From contig OZ024742.1 of assembly GCA_964016885.1 (NCBI GenBank), forward strand, positions 207,824,001-207,888,000: a stretch of 64,000 bases of DNA, given 5' to 3'. A program made the position numbers and the translations under genes. This document shows positions 13,150 to 27,117 of this stretch, piece by piece; the first letter of the stretch is position 1; each line of letters begins with the position of its first letter. Origin of the DNA: Eledone cirrhosa (taxonomy: Eukaryota). The notes under the pieces are model-generated. The model worked only from the letters and a program-made list of their open reading frames with translations. It searched no databases and was not told the origin of the DNA.

Positions 13150-13906
13150 AACATATATATAGTATTAAGGATATTATTTATGGTTATGTATATAATAAAA
13201 CCTTTTATGGCTATATATATTTAAACTCTAAATAGTGAAAGACAGTAATTCATTACTATCTTATTACCAGTAAGATAAATAGCTCAATGTAATAACATCA
13301 GTTGTTTTACAGAGCAGTTATATAGAAATTACATGGATCAAAGTTCAGTTTAAATCATTTAAGCAGGCAATCAATAGCATCATGGGGGCTGTATTGTTAA
13401 AGCATTTTTCACACACACCTGTACGATATATAAGCCCGTTTGTAGAGTACAGCCCCCATGATGCTATTGATTGCCTGCTTTTACTGCTTGTTTTTACATG
13501 TAACAATCTGCCGCACTATAATCCTGTATAAATAAGACACGCGTGCATGCAACACGTGAGACTGTTTCATACACTGACTACTCTAATCTTTCCTCTTGCT
13601 TTATCTTCATAAACTGCCAATGTTTTATTTTTATTTTTATTTTTATTTTTATTTTTATTTTAACTTTAATTTTGTCCTTTAATATGAATGTAACCTTTGT
13701 ATGTAAATTGGCATGCTATATCATTATGATGGATGTCAACCCACTGTGGGTCAATATATACATATGTTTTTGTATGTCTCTTGTGTTGATAAAGAGGTCA
13801 AGTATGTGAAAAATCACTAAATAGTTGCTCCAAAGAAACCAAACATCGGTTCGGAGGAAACAATTGTAAGCAAATAAATGATTTAAACTGAACTTTGATC
13901 CATGTA

Positions 13907-13915
<9 letters not shown>
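13150..13915 (+). mobile_element. Non-coding Penelope-pLTR-like element with an inverted tail copy and a degenerate hammerhead
   Basis: 13320-13360 is inverted at 13877-13915, and 13361-13393 is inverted at 13448-13480. Homologous to 28405-29030. Hammerhead-like motif at 13825-13873; ends in (TA)n. Confidence 0.6.
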
Positions 13916-13962
<47 letters not shown>

Positions 13963-14190
13963 GTGTGTATGTATGTATACACATATATGTGTGTGCCTCT
14001 CATCATGATATTGTCTCAAACTCCCACACGGTCGAGTCAACACGAAAGTATAGTAACTGCTTTTAAGCAAACACTATAAACACTTTCAGTCAACCTTACC
14101 ACCCGCATGTAACCTCTGTATTATGTATTAATTTCTCCCTCCGCCTTTTGAGATTTTCTCACTTGCTGCTAACGTGTCTGGAAGACGCTC

Positions 14191-14295
14191 TCTCCCTGAT
14201 GAGTTCCTTGATAAGCTGGTGTGCCTCACAAAGATATTGCACTTCTATAATGTGAAATTGTTGGAAACTGACCACCGAAACTGTACAGTCGGGAC
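14191..14295 (+). ncRNA. Type I hammerhead ribozyme motif with a long stem II
   Basis: TCC-CTGATGA-G...C-GAA-ACTGTACAGT-C|GGG. The core is intact, stem III is palindromic, and the GUC cleavage site follows 14290. Confidence 0.7.
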
Positions 14296-14690
14296 TTTGA
14301 AGAAAAAATAGGTATATATATATGTGTCTATTACTTCTTATTTTATAATTTGTTATATATGTATATACATAAGCAAGAAGTTAAATACCATAAAATTATA
14401 TCCGCACGTAAATTTAAACGAGTGCATTCGTACATGTAAGCACGTATGAATGAGTGTCACATGAGTTATGCATGTAATTATATATCAATGCGTCTGTATG
14501 CGATGCATTTAAGAGTTTGTAATAATATTAAGATTTATTGTAGTTGCATAGCCTGGTCTCAGAAATAGAGACCGGATTCCTGTTTAATTCTATATATGTA
14601 TACAGAGAGAGAGGGGGGAATAGAGGGGGAGAGAGGGAGAGAAAGAGAAAGAGAGAGAGAGAGGGGGAGAGAGGGGGAGAGAGGGAGATA

Positions 14691-14721
<31 letters not shown>

Positions 14722-14804
14722 GGCACCTTTTTTTTGCTCCCTGGATTTGTCTGTCTATTGTTTCGTTTTGCTGTCATCACACACGCATACTTCCTTCCTT
14801 CTTT

Positions 14805-14886
14805 CGTTTCTTCTTCTTCTTCTTCTTCTTCTTCTTCTTCTTCTTCTTCTTCTTCTTCTTCTTCTTCTTCTTCTTCTTCTTCTTCT
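14805..14886 (+). repeat. (TTC)n microsatellite; (GA)-rich tract at 14604-14720
   Basis: Read directly from the sequence. Confidence 0.95.
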
Positions 14887-15301
14887 ACCTTTCTCTCTCG
14901 CCTATTCCTGCTGTGGCTCCGCTTGCTAACACTTCCACCCTCAGTGTGTGTCTTTCCTCTCACCTACCGACGTTATACAGACCGGGCGTATTTTCTCTTG
15001 CTTCCGGATTCGTCTATCCTTTCTTCTGTTATGTTTTATCTTGTTGTCATCACACATGCATCATACCAGCAGAAATCTTTATTTATTTTATGCCCGCACA
15101 AGCTGGCATAGAAAAAGTCTAGTCCTCTCCAATCTTCGTGTAAATCTATAAGACAGGTGAGAGCTGATAAGGTTTTAGATGGGTATGTGATTTTCTATCG
15201 TCTTTTCAGGGTTGTAATTTTAATCGCGACTCTAAGTGTAACATTAGACTTTACTTGTCTTCTTTTCGTATTTACTTACCACCCCTAAGTGCTACCACAC
15301 T

Positions 15302-15584
15302 CAGGGAGGGATTTAGACATTGGGGTGTCCGGGGCACTTCAGGTTTGGAGGCCCCACCATACACAATAATTAAGAATACACAGCAAACCCTCAATTTACA
15401 TACCAAAGTCAGCTAGGCGCAAGTAATTCGAATTGAAACTATAAACATAAAGGTATTAGATTTTAAAAAATCTACACAACCTAAAACTAAAAAGACCAAC
15501 ATATGACACAAGTAAATCGCTACGCCCGTCACTGGTGGGGCCCGGAGCGTTTTCCCCCTAGGTCTCCGATTAAATCCTGCCCTG
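15302..15584. mobile_element. hAT-type MITE
   Basis: TIRs CAGGGAGGGATTTA / TAAATCCTGCCCTG, with a perfect 8-bp TSD ACCACACT at 15294-15301 and 15585-15592. Confidence 0.88.
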
Positions 15585-16449
15585 ACCACACTCTTTTCTC
15601 AAACATCTATACGTTCCATCTACTTTTCGTCATTTTGGGGTATTTATACCCGACTTACATGCTTACATTTAGCAGTTTTAACAGATGTTTTCTTGTCTAT
15701 AAATTTCAAATATTCTCAAGCTTCGTTTCGATAATTTTCGAAACACCAAATGTTTGTATTGGCTGCATGACACTCCCAAAGTATAACAATATCTGTTTCA
15801 ACTCATCTGCTTTCAGATAAGAAATCTTGCAAAACAAATTCAAAAACGAAGTATATACAATATAATACGATGCAAAAAGGCATATTTTCAAGATACAGAT
15901 ATTATCACCGACTATATAATTTGTCTTGAATTATTCATATTTATATTAAATACAATGATTAATCTTCTGATTCTTTTAATTTGTATTTGGATGTTAGTTT
16001 ATCTGAATCAATTACAATTACACTGGGAATTTAATGATCCTAAATCAATCCTAATTGTAGTGGATATTAGTTATTCTTGACCAACGATAACTACCTAAGA
16101 GCCATTTGTAACTCGTACCCAATTACTCAATTATTTACGCATATGTGGTTTCTTTATTTGCTATTCATTCGTTTGCGTAATTTCATCCAACAGCATGTAG
16201 CAGTAAATCAACCCATTCTACTACTAAAATAGAAACCTTTCATCATTTCATTTCCTAGTATTTTGCTTTAATTGATCTGATTAACATATTTGAAATATAG
16301 TACTACGGGCTAGCTACTACACTATAAAGAGCTACTTTGAAATGTTTCTAAACGGGGCGACATGGTAGCTTACATCAGAATTTTCATGAAGTATTTCAAA
16401 TAACAGTCACATATCCCTTGAATAAAATCATCGGCTTTCCTTTCTTCTA

Positions 16450-17750
16450 CCGGGTCGCGATTAACTCTTAGAAAATTTCGAGAGAAGCACTATAGGCTTG
16501 TCCTGGAATTTTCATTGGAGAATAAATAACTGGATTTCTCTTAACTTCGTGTGGCCATATCATTTTTTGCAAAACACCACCATGTTGGCTAGATGCGGAC
16601 ACATTCTGTATTCTGCTTGGACACTCAAAATCGAAAGGACCATATGAGATACAGCAAGTCATCTTATACGAATTTCTATCAATTCCGCTAAATCAAAACC
16701 CTAGGCTTGTATTTCCCTTAATCGATTCTGAAATGGGAAAATTAATGGCAACGTTGAACTAAATTGAACTGAAATTTGAACTCAGCAAACAGAGAGCCGG
16801 GAAAATTCCCACAATTCCTTCTAACACTTAAATGACGCTGTTAATTTGCTGTGTTCTTGTGTTCTGTGTGCTTTGAAAAATTCTAGATTTTGTCTGAAAT
16901 TAATTCGAATAAGTCAGAGCTTAATTATCAAAGAATATAGATCTTTACAATCTATCAGCATTGACTAAGACTTAAACATGAAGGAACATTCTGTGTGATA
17001 TAATGTTTCCATCGAATATAAAACTGTATTAGCCTCCGTTGCAAATTAATTCAGCCGCTTATCTTCACGACTTTATATTTACATTGAATATCCTTTGTTT
17101 ATGGTAAGATTCTTATGTCCATCTCCTTTATTAGGATCATCCGGGTACTAATGCTATAGCTAGAGGCTGTGATATGGAATTGTTCATATTCAAAATTCTC
17201 CTTCGCAAATCTTTCAATATTAAATTGTATTATAATATAAACTCTACAAACTCTAATTTCTTTTTCGCGTTGAAGCAAACTGTTGAGGTTTTCTTCATTT
17301 CTTCTATGACGTTTACAGTCTTCCATATAGAATACATGACTCATCATTGCAATATAGACGCCTTTAATTCTAATGCTATTTAACCAAAACTCATAGACAA
17401 ATAATAGGGCGTTAGGGAATCGATTGACAAGGTATATTTATTATATTGCCTTGCTGGTTTTAATAGAGTCGTTATTTTCAAGGTTTTAAGAGCCTTTACA
17501 TGCAGGAAGGCTGTACAATGTCAAACCTTTATAGGTACGTATGCATACATACATTAAATGTCAGTGTTTGACAAAATGATTTTAAAGTTCCTTTTTATTG
17601 TTTTAAAGTTGGTATGGCCTTTCTTGTGAACAGTTTTGGCATTTTATTTTTTTTTTTTCTGATCGAGTTTCCTATCAAAGAGAGTACTTTTCTTTTGCAT
17701 TCTCTTTAACAATAAATTATATTACATAAAAGTCCTGAAACATACAAAAA
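16450..17750 (-). mobile_element. Highly decayed R4/Dong-like RT relic
   Basis: ORF 17099-17347 (SHVFYMEDCKRHRRNEENLNSLL) resembles NHLFYMDDLKLFAKNDEQLQGLL of the intact copy. Boundaries uncertain. Confidence 0.6.
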
Positions 17751-19272
17751 AAGGTTATAAATATTAATTTACTCATTAGCAAACTTTAATCTAAACGACA
17801 GCGCCCCTCATATTATGTCTGTTAACACGATGATGGTTTTCACTGCATAAATCTCCTTCAGCGGTTTAATTATTTGTATTGTTTTTGTCGAAGCATAACA
17901 TCTTTAGTTTCCTCGGATCATAATGATTTGATATGCATATTTGGTTTGTTCTTTCTCCGAGGGATAGAAAATATTTTATTCTGTTAATTACTTTGACTGT
18001 TGTCTAACATGTCATTTAGATCATGTAAGAGAATAAAGTTCGAACTTTAATATTATTCTTATTCATTGATGATAATACTATTTATACGATTTGAGTAGAG
18101 ATACCCACAGTTCTTTATAGTATTATATCATTCCTCATGTCTGTTCAGGGAATTTTTTCATGCTAATTATTTTTTTATTATTTCATAAATTAGTTCTAGA
18201 TTACGAGTTATCGCAGTTTCCTGTCACGAATATACAAAATCGTTTTTTGAAAAAATTCACCAGACAATACCATGATATTTAATAACAGAGAAATGCTTAT
18301 TATCAACTTTATGCAACAGAAACTTGAATTGTAGAAGATTTTATTACATTTCTAATATTTTTAAAAGTAAATAATTAGAAATTAATTTTGTTCTTTAAAT
18401 CAAAGTAATATTTGTGGAAGTCTGTTTACGCCCATCCACAACAAGAGTGCATATACAAATATGGCTGGTTTATCGGTGTTGTACTGGAGTTAAACAACAA
18501 CAGCATTTATAATAGCAAACACCGGTACAAATAATTATATCAGCAATAAACTCAATACTGCCAGTGATAATTAGAATGTTTGTTAAATTAATATCAAAGT
18601 AATATTGGATGTGAATCATTTTAAATCGGGAATTGAAATTGGGCCAGTCATTTTACCTAGAGATTACTTGCCGCAACATGACACACAAATGAAATAAATA
18701 AAATAATAGATAGTTGAATAAATCGATAACTTAATAAGGTATGAAGCATGGAAATGAAAATGAATGTGAATTTAGAAGAAAATAACTAAAATATTAATCT
18801 ATACAAACACATACATTATTAAATATAATAGCGGAATTAATTGTCTATCTAGCTTTCACTATCTAAGAAGTTAGATAGGTCTCTCTCTCTCTCTCAATTA
18901 TCCCAACATATATAACATGCTGTAATAAAATTCTCTCTGCCAAAACGGAGTGAGCGTTTGAAAATATTGTCGATACTTAGACGTATATATTCGCTTATTT
19001 TGTTGTTATTTTTGCTGTTTAACTATTTATTTGTTTTATATATTTATTTCATTAGCACTTCTCTCCTTATATTTCACTACCAACATCACTATTGAATAAT
19101 TCTGTGACAGTTTTGTAGTTATATTTGTTTAATGAAAAGTATAGTCAATATATTTAAATGGAAGTAAATAATTAATATATGATGAAACAAATAAACAAAT
19201 CCCAAACCAGTGAAGAGACTAAGCAAACAGAAAAATATTACAACAGCAACTAAACACACTACTAATTGTAAA

Positions 19273-19432
19273 CCAGACCTGTCAAATCTGCTTGAGGGAA
19301 AATCTTCTCTTGTGAAAATAGGTATAGCTTTCATTATGTAAAATCTCCCCATTTTGGCTGATTTCTCCCCGTTTTGGGGCACTTTTTTTCATGGTACTCC
19401 CCGTTTGGGTTTGTAGTGGTTGGCAGGTCTGG
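19273..19432. mobile_element. Small MITE-like element
   Basis: Terminal inverted repeats CCAGACCTGTCAA / TTGGCAGGTCTGG; no clean TSD. Confidence 0.55.
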
Positions 19433-19829
19433 AAAACATAACATGATACCATAGCAACAGTAGCTTCGGTTACCAACATAACAAAATGAAAGGTTGATAA
19501 AACAATAAATATGGAGACATCCACAAACATGGAGCCGAACTTGGCTGCTCTACAAGCCGGAATTAGCAATCAAATGTACCTCCAGTTACCCCTCGCTGAC
19601 TTAGATAATGAAAAGATGCATTGGCCAGCGTAGTACTGAATAGCCATAGAAACACATGTTGTTCACGGTTGAAATATTTCTGATCTAGTAGTAGTAGTAG
19701 TAGTAGTAGTAGTAGAAACACCTTCACCTCTATCAGAGCCACATCATAAACATAATTATTAAAACAACTACCACAATAACAACCGGTAGGAAGACAATCA
19801 CCACTATCACTAGCACCACAATAAAACTG

Positions 19830-20035
19830 ATTTCTGATTTAGCAACAAGGGCAACAATTTTGGGCTGAGGGGAAAGTCGATTAAATGGACCCCTGTACGT
19901 TACTTATACTTTATTTTATCGACCCCGTACGGATTAAAAGCAAAGCTAACCTCGGCTGGATTTGATCTCAGAGCGTAAAAGGACGTAACTCTATGCCATA
20001 AAGCATGTTCGACGCTCTAACGATACTACCAATCC
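19830..20035 (-). mobile_element. tRNA-derived SINE
   Basis: Reverse complement of the SINE consensus (TTTATTTTATCGACCCCGTA...GATACTACCAATCC). Confidence 0.85.
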
Positions 20036-21056
20036 AGAAAATCACAATTCTCGGCCTCATATCTATCCGTATTCCAACAGCAAATATCTCATTTACTATC
20101 ATCGAAACAGCCTCTATTACAATGTCCATTATCCCAACCAACAACAGTAAAAAACCCGAACACAACCACTACCACCACAACGAACATCCCTACTTCAGCT
20201 ATTACTATCTCGGCTACCTTCTTCACAAACCCCACTGAAACAAAACAAACACATTTTAATTGAGAGAAATATTAAGTTCATTTATGGAAGAAGGAAAACT
20301 AAAGCTAAAATCAAAGTAAAAGCAATGAATAAGAAAGGAAGATGAAAAGAAAGAGTAAGACTAGGAATCAGAAAGAAAATTCTAGAAATAGGAATCTGCC
20401 GGAAAAATACTGAAAAATAAAGAAAACATAACAAAGAGCCTAAATAAAAATAATAGCGGAATAAATAAACAAGTCTGATGTGAAATTGGATGCACAAGGG
20501 AGGGGGAGTAAATGTTAAAGGTCACTGCTGAAGTGACATGTCTTCTAGACAAGGGTCATCTGCAAAGTGATGCATCTTTATTAATCTCAGACAGTGAGAG
20601 AGGGGGGTAAGAGAGAGAGAGAGAGAGAGGGTAAGTAAAAGAGAGGGGGAATTAAGAGGGAGAGGGAGGAGTAAGAGAGAGGGAGGGTGGAGTAAGAAAG
20701 AAAGAGAGAGGGGGAATGAGAGAAAGGAAGAGAGAATGTAAAATGAAAAATTAAAAGAAAATATTCTTCACCATATCATTTACTTAAATTGTGAGAGAGA
20801 TTATTTCATAGGGCAAGAAAAGGCTCCATCTGTCTTGTTATAATGAAACAAAGGATGTCTTTTCCTCGCCCTCATGCTAGGCATGTTGTTATGATGACAG
20901 TTCTTTGACCTGAAACCAAGACACATTATTATGAATGTCTATTCCCCAGCCAAACTGGAGAGTATGATTGCTTCGAGAACATGCAACAATATAATTCTGA
21001 AATTGTTGTCCACCAACGAAGAATTTGGCATTGTATATGTTTATATTATATATCAG

Positions 21057-21868
21057 GGTGGTGGATTGGCAGTATCGGTAGAGCGTCAGACACCATGCTT
21101 TTCAGCATAGAGTTATGACGCTTTACGATCTGAGTTCAAATCCCGTGGAGGTTAACTTTGCATTTCATCCTTACGGAGTCGATAAACTAAAACACCAGTA
21201 ATGCACTGAGGTAAGTGCTGGCCATGTGCCAAAAGTAGAAAGGATTATATATCCGGGCAGGGGCTTTGCAGTATCGGAAGAGCGTATGACAATAGGCTTT
21301 GCGGCATAAAGTCACGGCCCTTTACGTTCTGGACGAGGTTAGCGTTGCCTTCATACTTGGGGTCGATAAAATAAATACCAGTAACGCACTGGGGCCAATT
21401 AAAAAAAATGTTGGCCATGTGCTTAAATCAGAAACCCCTATATGTCAAAGCAGGGGAATTGACATTATCGGCAGAGCGTCGGACTATGTTTGCAGTAGCG
21501 GCCCTTTACGTTCTGAGTTCAAATCTCTTCGGGGTTAGCTTTGCCTTCCATCTTTACAAGGTCAATAAAATAACGAACCAGTAATGGATTGGATTGATTC
21601 GACTTTCCTCGTCCCTACAAATTGCTGACCTTAAGTCAAAAGTAGAAACGATTTAAGGTCAATGGATAGACATAGTAGTTAGATCATCGAATAAATGCTT
21701 GGCACTATTTGTTGCGGGTGTTTGCGTTCAGGCTTCAAATCCCGCCGAGGTTAGCTTTCCTTTTCATCCTTACTGAGTCGATAAAATAAAGTACCCGTAA
21801 CACACTGGAGGCCATTTAATCCCCACCCCCCAATAAATTGTTGGCATTCCGCTTAAATCAGAAATAAT
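21057..21868 (+). repeat. Tandem array of four diverged SINE copies (~21057-21245, 21255-21435, 21452-21650, 21660-21868)
   Basis: Each unit has a tRNA-like head, the central GTCGATAAAATAAA-like motif and the AAAGTAGAAA/AATCAGAAA tail. Confidence 0.85.
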
Positions 21869-24052
21869 TATATGATTACATTTCTTAATTTAATCTGAGA
21901 ATGTTAGTGATTTTGCTTAAAAACTTTTCAGGTTATCGTGAAGTAAAATGCGTTGTTAGCTGCATGCGACTAATGCAGTTATTGTCAAGATCGGACTATT
22001 GATTTTATTGGTTTAAGTGTAGAAAATTGCAGAATGGAAGTTCAATTGATTTGTAATAATGTTAAAGATTATTTGGCAGAATAATAAACATACAGGCTTT
22101 AGGGCTCTAGGGATGACGGCTAATCGCTCGTGAGAAAAGTGAGTTTTACCCAAAGGATTATTTTTCTGCTTTCATTTAAGCATATATTTATCCTCCCTTC
22201 TGCAGTTTTTCATCTTTTGAACTCTAAGTATGCTTTACAGATTCTGAAGTTTACAGATATAGCGGCCATGTGTAGCTTATTAATTAAGGAGCGTGTGTTT
22301 TAAGGGTTAATATATATTTTTTAGCACCAATAATAATAGATATGAAGCTATATGTGTATGTATAAATGTAGTATGTTGGTTGTGTGTTTGATTGTATTTA
22401 CGAGTGTATACATGTCTTAAATTCGTCCATGAATAATCATACAAACTCCTCACAAACATCAAAGTTTTGAAATAAGTGATTGAGAGAGGAAGGAAGCAGT
22501 AAGGGAGTCAAGGTGAGGATGTGTAGTGGGGGTATGATGGAAACAAGGAAATGGGTGGAGCATGGATATGCGGGTCGTTGTTTGTTAGATGGATTAAGCG
22601 GTTGACATTTGTTGACTTAAGAGAACAGCTGATGTCTACTTTTGACATTTGACACACAGATCACAAGTCAAACAATTCCTACACGCTCTGCCTAACAGAC
22701 ATAGACACAATCATAAACCGTCTCCACGTTTATTCCTTTTGAGATACGTTTATTTGTTTGTGTGTTTGATTGTGCATGTGTTCGTATGTGGGTGGGTATC
22801 TGTATGCGACTGTTTGTTTGGCGGGGTGTATGTGTGTGTACAGCCATTTATGTGTGTATCTGACATTATACGTGTGTATTTGGATGGAAGTAAATAGTGA
22901 TCCGAATTTGAATTGTAGTAAGGCAATACTTTTTTTAAATGAAATAATTTCACGAAATTGTTGTCGATTTCTGTAGCTGCAGAACTCGAGCCCTTTTATG
23001 GTACGAATATCAGATACAACTTTTGAAGACTCTACATAGATGAGGACCAATTATAACGCTCCAACATGCAATGATGTGCCCAGTGTGATAAATGCACATT
23101 TTGATACTAGCGGACAAAGTGGATTCGGTCAAATTGTAACAGTTGAACTGCTGCGCTTTTTTGTGCGTTGCACCTCCAGCATTGTGTTTGAGGTCAGTTA
23201 AATAACACTCGTTAATTTGTTTGTTTTCAGCGTTTAGTTTCGTTTCCGCGGGATATATTTATTTTATTTTGAAGGCTATTGTGCGACGTACTATTTGAGT
23301 AATATGGGATCATTGACACACCAAGACTACATGCTGGTTTAAATAAAAATTGTGTTTCCATCATAAATGCAATCAATTGTCCAAGAACCTGGTGACCAAA
23401 CTATTAGTATTTTTTACACAGGCAGCAAAAGAGTTTACGTCTTTAATTGCTAACTTCTATTTGTGTTGTCATATCCTTTTGTTTATCAATATTTCACACA
23501 TCCAATATACATTTGTTTAGCAATGAACAATATCCAGTGTAACTACATACAAAGAGGCTTAACAATTTCTTTGGCATTTTCATTGGCTTCATTGTGATTT
23601 TTTCGTGCTAAATATATGCGATCATCTTTAGTCGTGTTCCAAAATTCTATACAGAATTGTGAAATCCAATCTAGTCTTTTTATGCTCCTGTCTGTCACTC
23701 AAAATATTTGCACCCTGGACTACTAGGTTAACTTTGCCTTTCATCATTACGGGTAATTGGTGGCCTAGTGCCAACAGTAGATACAATTTTTAAATTCATA
23801 GCCTTCCTTCTAAAATTTGTAAACATTTTTTATGTCGTTTTTATTCTCGACATTCGTACTTTGATAGAACGACATTCATTTTCAGAAATTCTATACATTT
23901 TCCATCAGTTTTATTGCGTGTACTGAATGCACGATATAGCGTAGTCCAGGGTGCTTTACCTTTACTGTTTTAGATTGGTTTCCTGTGTTCCTGTTCAATT
24001 GACAATACTCTACGTGAAATGTATGCTATGCCAAGTAGCGGTATTTTCCTTG

Positions 24053-24095
<43 letters not shown>

Positions 24096-24560
24096 TTTCA
24101 ACAATGTCATTATTCCGTGTCATAATTCTCGATTACCATTGGTTCATAGGTTTCAAACGACTCCGCCCACCTCAACGACGCCAAACTTAGATTAATATGC
24201 GTAATGCCAATGAGAGAGTGAGAGGGGAGAGTCAGAAAAAGAGAGGCAAAGTGAACGCTGTAACTATTACCATGTGTGCGTGTGCATGTACGTGCGTGCG
24301 TGTGTATGTGCGTGCAGCGTTTCACAGAAAGTAAAAGCAATTCGACTTTATCAAACAGTGAACTACAGCGGCGACGGCGTGCAGCCAGGAATGAAGAAAA
24401 ACGGGCCGAACAGCGCCATTGGAACGCCAAACTTCGGAGGCGAAAAAGTGCCGCAATGAATGAAGTGGAGCTCGCTGAAAAACGCCAACGAAACACTGGA
24501 GACAAGCAGTGCTGCGATGGTTGAAGACAAATTGGCTGAGGATCAATTATATATTAATTA

Positions 24561-24919
24561 TCTATATCTATATCTACCTATAATATAAACGATTGGAACT
24601 TTCATCATCCTTTTAAGAAACGTGGAACAACCACGTCTATGCAATGATACACGTTTTACAGTCAGGCAGAAGATGACCATCTCCTAGAGAACACTATTCT
24701 AGGTGGGAGCACATAGAATTGTTCATATTCTATGCACAAACAACGGTACAACGAAGAATCTGGTATATCTGGAAGATTTTTTTACTGTTTTCTGTATCAC
24801 ACAGACACCACGGGCTCGCCTCATACTGTAACCAGACAAACATCCGATACAGTCATTTTCTATTTTACCTGTTTCCTCTTATCATCTGTTTACCCGGGCG
24901 AAGCTGGGTACCTCAGCTA

Positions 24920-24920
<1 letters not shown>
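24561..24920 (+). mobile_element. Non-autonomous Helitron
   Basis: 5' A|TCTATATCTATA...; 3' hairpin ACCCGGGCGAAGCTGGGT followed by CTAG|T. Confidence 0.75.
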
Positions 24921-25012
<92 letters not shown>

Positions 25013-25090
25013 AAAGAATGACACGAAATTTCATTTCTCACTCTTAGTACGGCAACCATCGTCGCCTTTTTGTTCAACACTGACATAGGA

Positions 25091-25134
25091 AAGATGTACT
25101 AGTTTCAAGCTTTATTAGCTATTGTCAGCATCGT
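25091..25134 (-). ncRNA. Minimal hammerhead copy 1 (mutated core CTGACAA)
   Basis: Reverse complement: ACGATG CTGACAA TAGCTAATAAAGCTT GAA ACTAGT A CATCTT. Confidence 0.6.
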
Positions 25135-25682
25135 ATACCTTCCTGCCAGACGATTGAACGTCTGAAAGTATATACTTTCACTATGCATATTAACGGCTGA
25201 GCAGCCTAATTTGCATATCGAGTGAGTTAGTCGGCCGGGCAGACCGAAAACGATAAGTGGAATAGAATGAAACGAAATTTCATTTCTCACTCTTAGTACG
25301 GCTGATGCTTAAATGTAAGTATGTATGTATACTTACATACATATATGTATACAGACGTACGGTAGTATGTATATATATACATACATGCACACATTATAAT
25401 AAAAGTTCGGTAAACCCATACGTACATGTATATAGGTGTACGTGTATGTATATATACACATACTACCGTACGTCTGTATACATATATGTATGTACGTATA
25501 CATACATACTTACATTTAAGTATCAGCCGTACTAAGAGTGAGAAATGAAATTTCGTTTCATTCTTTTCCATCTATCGTTTTTGGTGCGCCCGGCCTACTA
25601 ACTCACTCGATATGCAAATTAGGCTCCTCAGCATAGGGAAAGTATACACTTTCAGAGGTTCAATCATCTGGCAAGAAGGTAT

Positions 25683-25725
25683 ACGATGCTGACGGTAGCT
25701 AATAATCTTGAAACTAGTACATCGT
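25683..25725 (+). ncRNA. Minimal hammerhead copy 2 (core CTGACGG)
   Basis: ACGATG CTGACGG TAGCTAATAATCTT GAA ACTAGT A CATCGT; perfect 6-bp stem I. Confidence 0.65.
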
Positions 25726-26165
25726 TCCTGTGTCAGTGTTGAACAAAAAGGCGACGATGTTTGCCTGAACACTGTACGGTGTAATTCGGGCTGTTTGTTT
25801 ACAGACAAACCAAACATTATAATAAATGTTCGGTTAACCCATACGTACATATATATATGTGTGCATATATGTATATATATACATACTAGCATACGTCTGT
25901 ATACATATATGTATGTATGTATACATACATACTTACATCTATATATATATATATAAATATTAGTATGTATACGTACATACATGTATGTATACAGATATTA
26001 GCGAGTATATATGCATACATACACACATATATATATATATATATATATGTACGTATGTGTTTAGCGAACATATATTATAATGCTCGGTTTCTTTGTAAAC
26101 AACCAGCCCGAATTAGTAGCAGTACGGCAATCATCGTTGCACTTTTGTTCAACACTGACTAAGGA

Positions 26166-26208
26166 ACAATTAACTAGTTTCTAGCGTATTAGCTGTCATC
26201 AGCAACGA
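26166..26208 (-). ncRNA. Minimal hammerhead copy 3 (core intact, stem I eroded)
   Basis: Reverse complement: TCGTTG CTGATGA CAGCTAATACGCTA GAA ACTAGT T AATTGT. Confidence 0.65.
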
Positions 26209-26458
26209 ATACATTCCTGTCAGTCGATTGAACATTTGAAAATATATACTTTCCTAATGCATATTAACGGCTGAGCAGCCTAATTTGCATATCGACTGAG
26301 TTAGTCGGCCGGGTGTACCGAAAACGTTAAATGGAGAAAATGAAATTTCATTTCTCACAAAAAGACAACGATAGTTGCCGTACAGCAATTTAAGTATGTA
26401 TACGTACATACATGTATGTATACAGACGTACACTAATATGTATATACATACATACATG

Positions 26459-26493
<35 letters not shown>

Positions 26494-26617
26494 GTACTTA
26501 TGGGTTTACCGAACTTATATTATAATGCTCGGTTTGTTTGTAAATAAACAGCCCGAATTAGTAGCCGTACAGTGTTCGGCAACCATCTTTGCCCTTTTGT
26601 TCAACACTGAATAAGGA

Positions 26618-26660
26618 ACGATGAACTAATTTCTAGCTTATTAGCTGTCATCAGCATCGT
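26618..26660 (-). ncRNA. Minimal hammerhead copy 4 (best preserved)
   Basis: Reverse complement: ACGATG CTGATGA CAGCTAATAAGCTA GAA ATTAGT T CATCGT. Core intact, 6-bp stem I, AGC/GCT stem II. Confidence 0.8.
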
Positions 26661-26977
26661 ATACCTTCCTTATGCATATTAACGGCTGAGCAGCCTAGTT
26701 TGCATATCGGTAAACCGAAAAAATGAAATTCATTTCTCATTCTTAGTACGGCTCATACTTAAATATAAGTATTTATACGTACATACATATATGTATACAG
26801 ACGTACACTAGTATGTACATACATACATACATGCACACATATATATATATATATGTACGTATGGGTTTACCGAACATTTATTATAATGCTCGGTTTGTTT
26901 GTAAACAAACAGCCCAATTAGTAGCCGTACAGTGTTCGGCAACCATCGTTGCCCTTTTGTTCAACACTGACTAAGAA

Positions 26978-27020
26978 ACGATGAACTAGTTTCTAGCTTA
27001 TTAGCTCTCATCAGCAACCT
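26978..27020 (-). ncRNA. Minimal hammerhead copy 5
   Basis: Reverse complement: AGGTTG CTGATGA GAGCTAATAAGCTA GAA ACTAGT T CATCGT. Confidence 0.72.
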
Positions 27021-27117
27021 ATACCTTCTTGCCAGTCGTATACCTTCCTGCTCAGCCGTTAATATGCATAAGGAAAGTATATACTTTCAAACGCTCAATC
27101 GACTGACAGGAAGGTAT

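Noticed and set aside
14544-15122. Long ORFs with poly-F/S/L/E and RE repeats
   Set aside because: Translations of (TTC)n and (GA)n microsatellites.
20500-20600. Enhancer-like segment with AGGTCA/GGGTCA half sites
   Set aside because: Short motifs are expected by chance; cross-species conservation would be needed.
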